From positions 1 to 36,288 of the forward strand of contig DATMTF010000061.1 of assembly GCA_035565015.1 (NCBI GenBank): a stretch of 36,288 nt of DNA, given 5' to 3'. Both the position numbers and the translations under genes were made by a program. This document shows positions 35,222 to 36,288 of the stretch, piece by piece. This stretch comes from Asticcacaulis sp. (lineage in GTDB: Bacteria; Pseudomonadota; Alphaproteobacteria; Caulobacterales; Caulobacteraceae). How positions within the stretch are numbered: position 1 is the stretch's first letter; each line of letters starts with the position of its first letter. The notes below the pieces were generated by a model. It saw only the letters and a program-made list of their open reading frames with translations, did not search any database and was not told where the DNA came from.

Positions 35222-36288
35222 TGGAAGACTGCCCCGCCATTTCTCTGGTCGGCGAAACCAGCGTCTCCGGCGCGCTGGCGGCCATGGACTGCCATATCAA
35301 TACGGCGGTGCATGTCGGCTATGACCGCCTGTTCGGTCCCGGCGGCGCCTTCGGTTTCGCCCTCAGCGCCCTGCTGGTCATCTATGTCGCCCTGATCGGC
35401 TACGGCTTCATGACCGGACGCACGCGCCTGACCCTGATGATGATGTCGCCGCGCATCATGACCATGGCGCTGGTCCTGACCTTCGCCACCGCCTGGCCCG
35501 CCTATCACGCCATCTTTTACGGCCTTCTGATGGGCGGTCCCGATCAGGTGGCGGCGGCGCTTCTGCACGTCAACGGCAGCGCCGTCATGCACTTCGCCCA
35601 GCAGCTTGACGCCCTGTTCGTGCGCTTCGCCGACATAGCCCGCGCGCTCGACGACGGCGGCGCGGCGACGGTGACGACGCCGAACGGGCAGGTCGCCATG
35701 GCGTTGCCGCACGCCATGCCGGTGCAGTTGTTCTGGCTGTCGGGCCTGTGCCTGCTGGTCTCGACGCTCGGCGTGCTGATTCTGACGCGGCTGGTGCTGT
35801 ACCTGCTGCTCATCCTCGGCCCGGTCTTCATCATCTTCGCCCTGTTTCCGCAGACGCGCGGCTTATTTAACGGCTGGCTGCGCACCTCTTTGGTGTTCGC
35901 CCTGGCGCCGCTCCTGACCGTGCTGGGCGGCACGGCGGCCCTGATGCTGTTCGCGCCCCTGATCAACGCCATCGGCGAAGACCCGCAAGGCGCGGTCAAG
36001 GCCGTGCAGCCCATGGTCATCCTGTTCATGGGCTCGCTGATCTACTGCGCCTTCCTGTTCGTGCTGATGTGGGTGGCCGCCTCGCTGGTGCGCGACTGGC
36101 AGGCAAGCTTCCGGGGCCGCGACGTCGCGCCGACCACCGCAACCGCCGTCTCGGCCGGCGCTGCGACCGCGCCGCAACCGCTTGTCAGCCGCGACGCCCA
36201 GACCCGCACCGAGCCGCTGGTCAGCGCCATCAACCGTGCGCAGGAGGTCGCCGCCGGCGCAGCGAACACGACCGCGCGCGCCAGCGCG
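35221..36288 (+). CDS. virB6: Type IV secretion inner-membrane protein VirB6/TrbL (partial, runs off the right edge)
   Basis: Not in the ORF track. ATG 35221 overlaps the virB4 TGA. It reads MEDCPAISL...LLVIYVALIGYGFMTGR...LGPVFIIFALFPQTRGLFNGWLR, followed by a hydrophilic Ala/Thr-rich tail. Confidence 0.9.
   Translation, partial: MEDCPAISLVGETSVSGALAAMDCHINTAVHVGYDRLFGPGGAFGFALSALLVIYVALIGYGFMTGRTRLTLMMMSPRIMTMALVLTFATAWPAYHAIFYGLLMGGPDQVAAALLHVNGSAVMHFAQQLDALFVRFADIARALDDGGAATVTTPNGQVAMALPHAMPVQLFWLSGLCLLVSTLGVLILTRLVLYLLLILGPVFIIFALFPQTRGLFNGWLRTSLVFALAPLLTVLGGTAALMLFAPLINAIGEDPQGAVKAVQPMVILFMGSLIYCAFLFVLMWVAASLVRDWQASFRGRDVAPTTATAVSAGAATAPQPLVSRDAQTRTEPLVSAINRAQEVAAGAANTTARASA

Noticed and set aside
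1-36288. CRISPR arrays, tRNA/rRNA genes, transposases, integrases or defence systems
   Set aside because: I saw no repeat-spacer periodicity, RNA gene signature or matching ORF; nearly all the sequence is explained by the listed genes.

Overview
High-GC alphaproteobacterial chromosomal window; gene content and repeat types suggest Caulobacteraceae (inference). It has five blocks. (1) The 5' part of an ABC-F ATPase, cut by the left edge. (2) A minus-strand nitrate assimilation cluster: nasT-nasS, an AlgE-like porin, a NarK-type MFS transporter, nirB-nirD, nitrate reductase and cobA. Three ANTAR-type attenuators are readable in the sequence, the porin appears to lack a signal peptide, and a palindromic repeat sits in front of the reductase. 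(3) A RegB/RegA-family two-component system whose sensor has a Met-rich loop, head-to-head with a Tat-type TlpA thioredoxin and a TonB-dependent receptor; this is a candidate copper/metal- or redox-responsive uptake module. (4) A pectin-type utilisation locus: large TBDT, GH95, CE8, CE12, divergent GH2, a TonB-box-bearing pseudo-metallopeptidase/TPR-like protein and GH43. (5) The start of a reduced type IV secretion operon (virB2-B3-B4-B6, no virB5 in between), preceded by a virB1-like lytic transglycosylase remnant split by a MITE-like repeat. All family assignments come from motifs read by eye; no database search was run.
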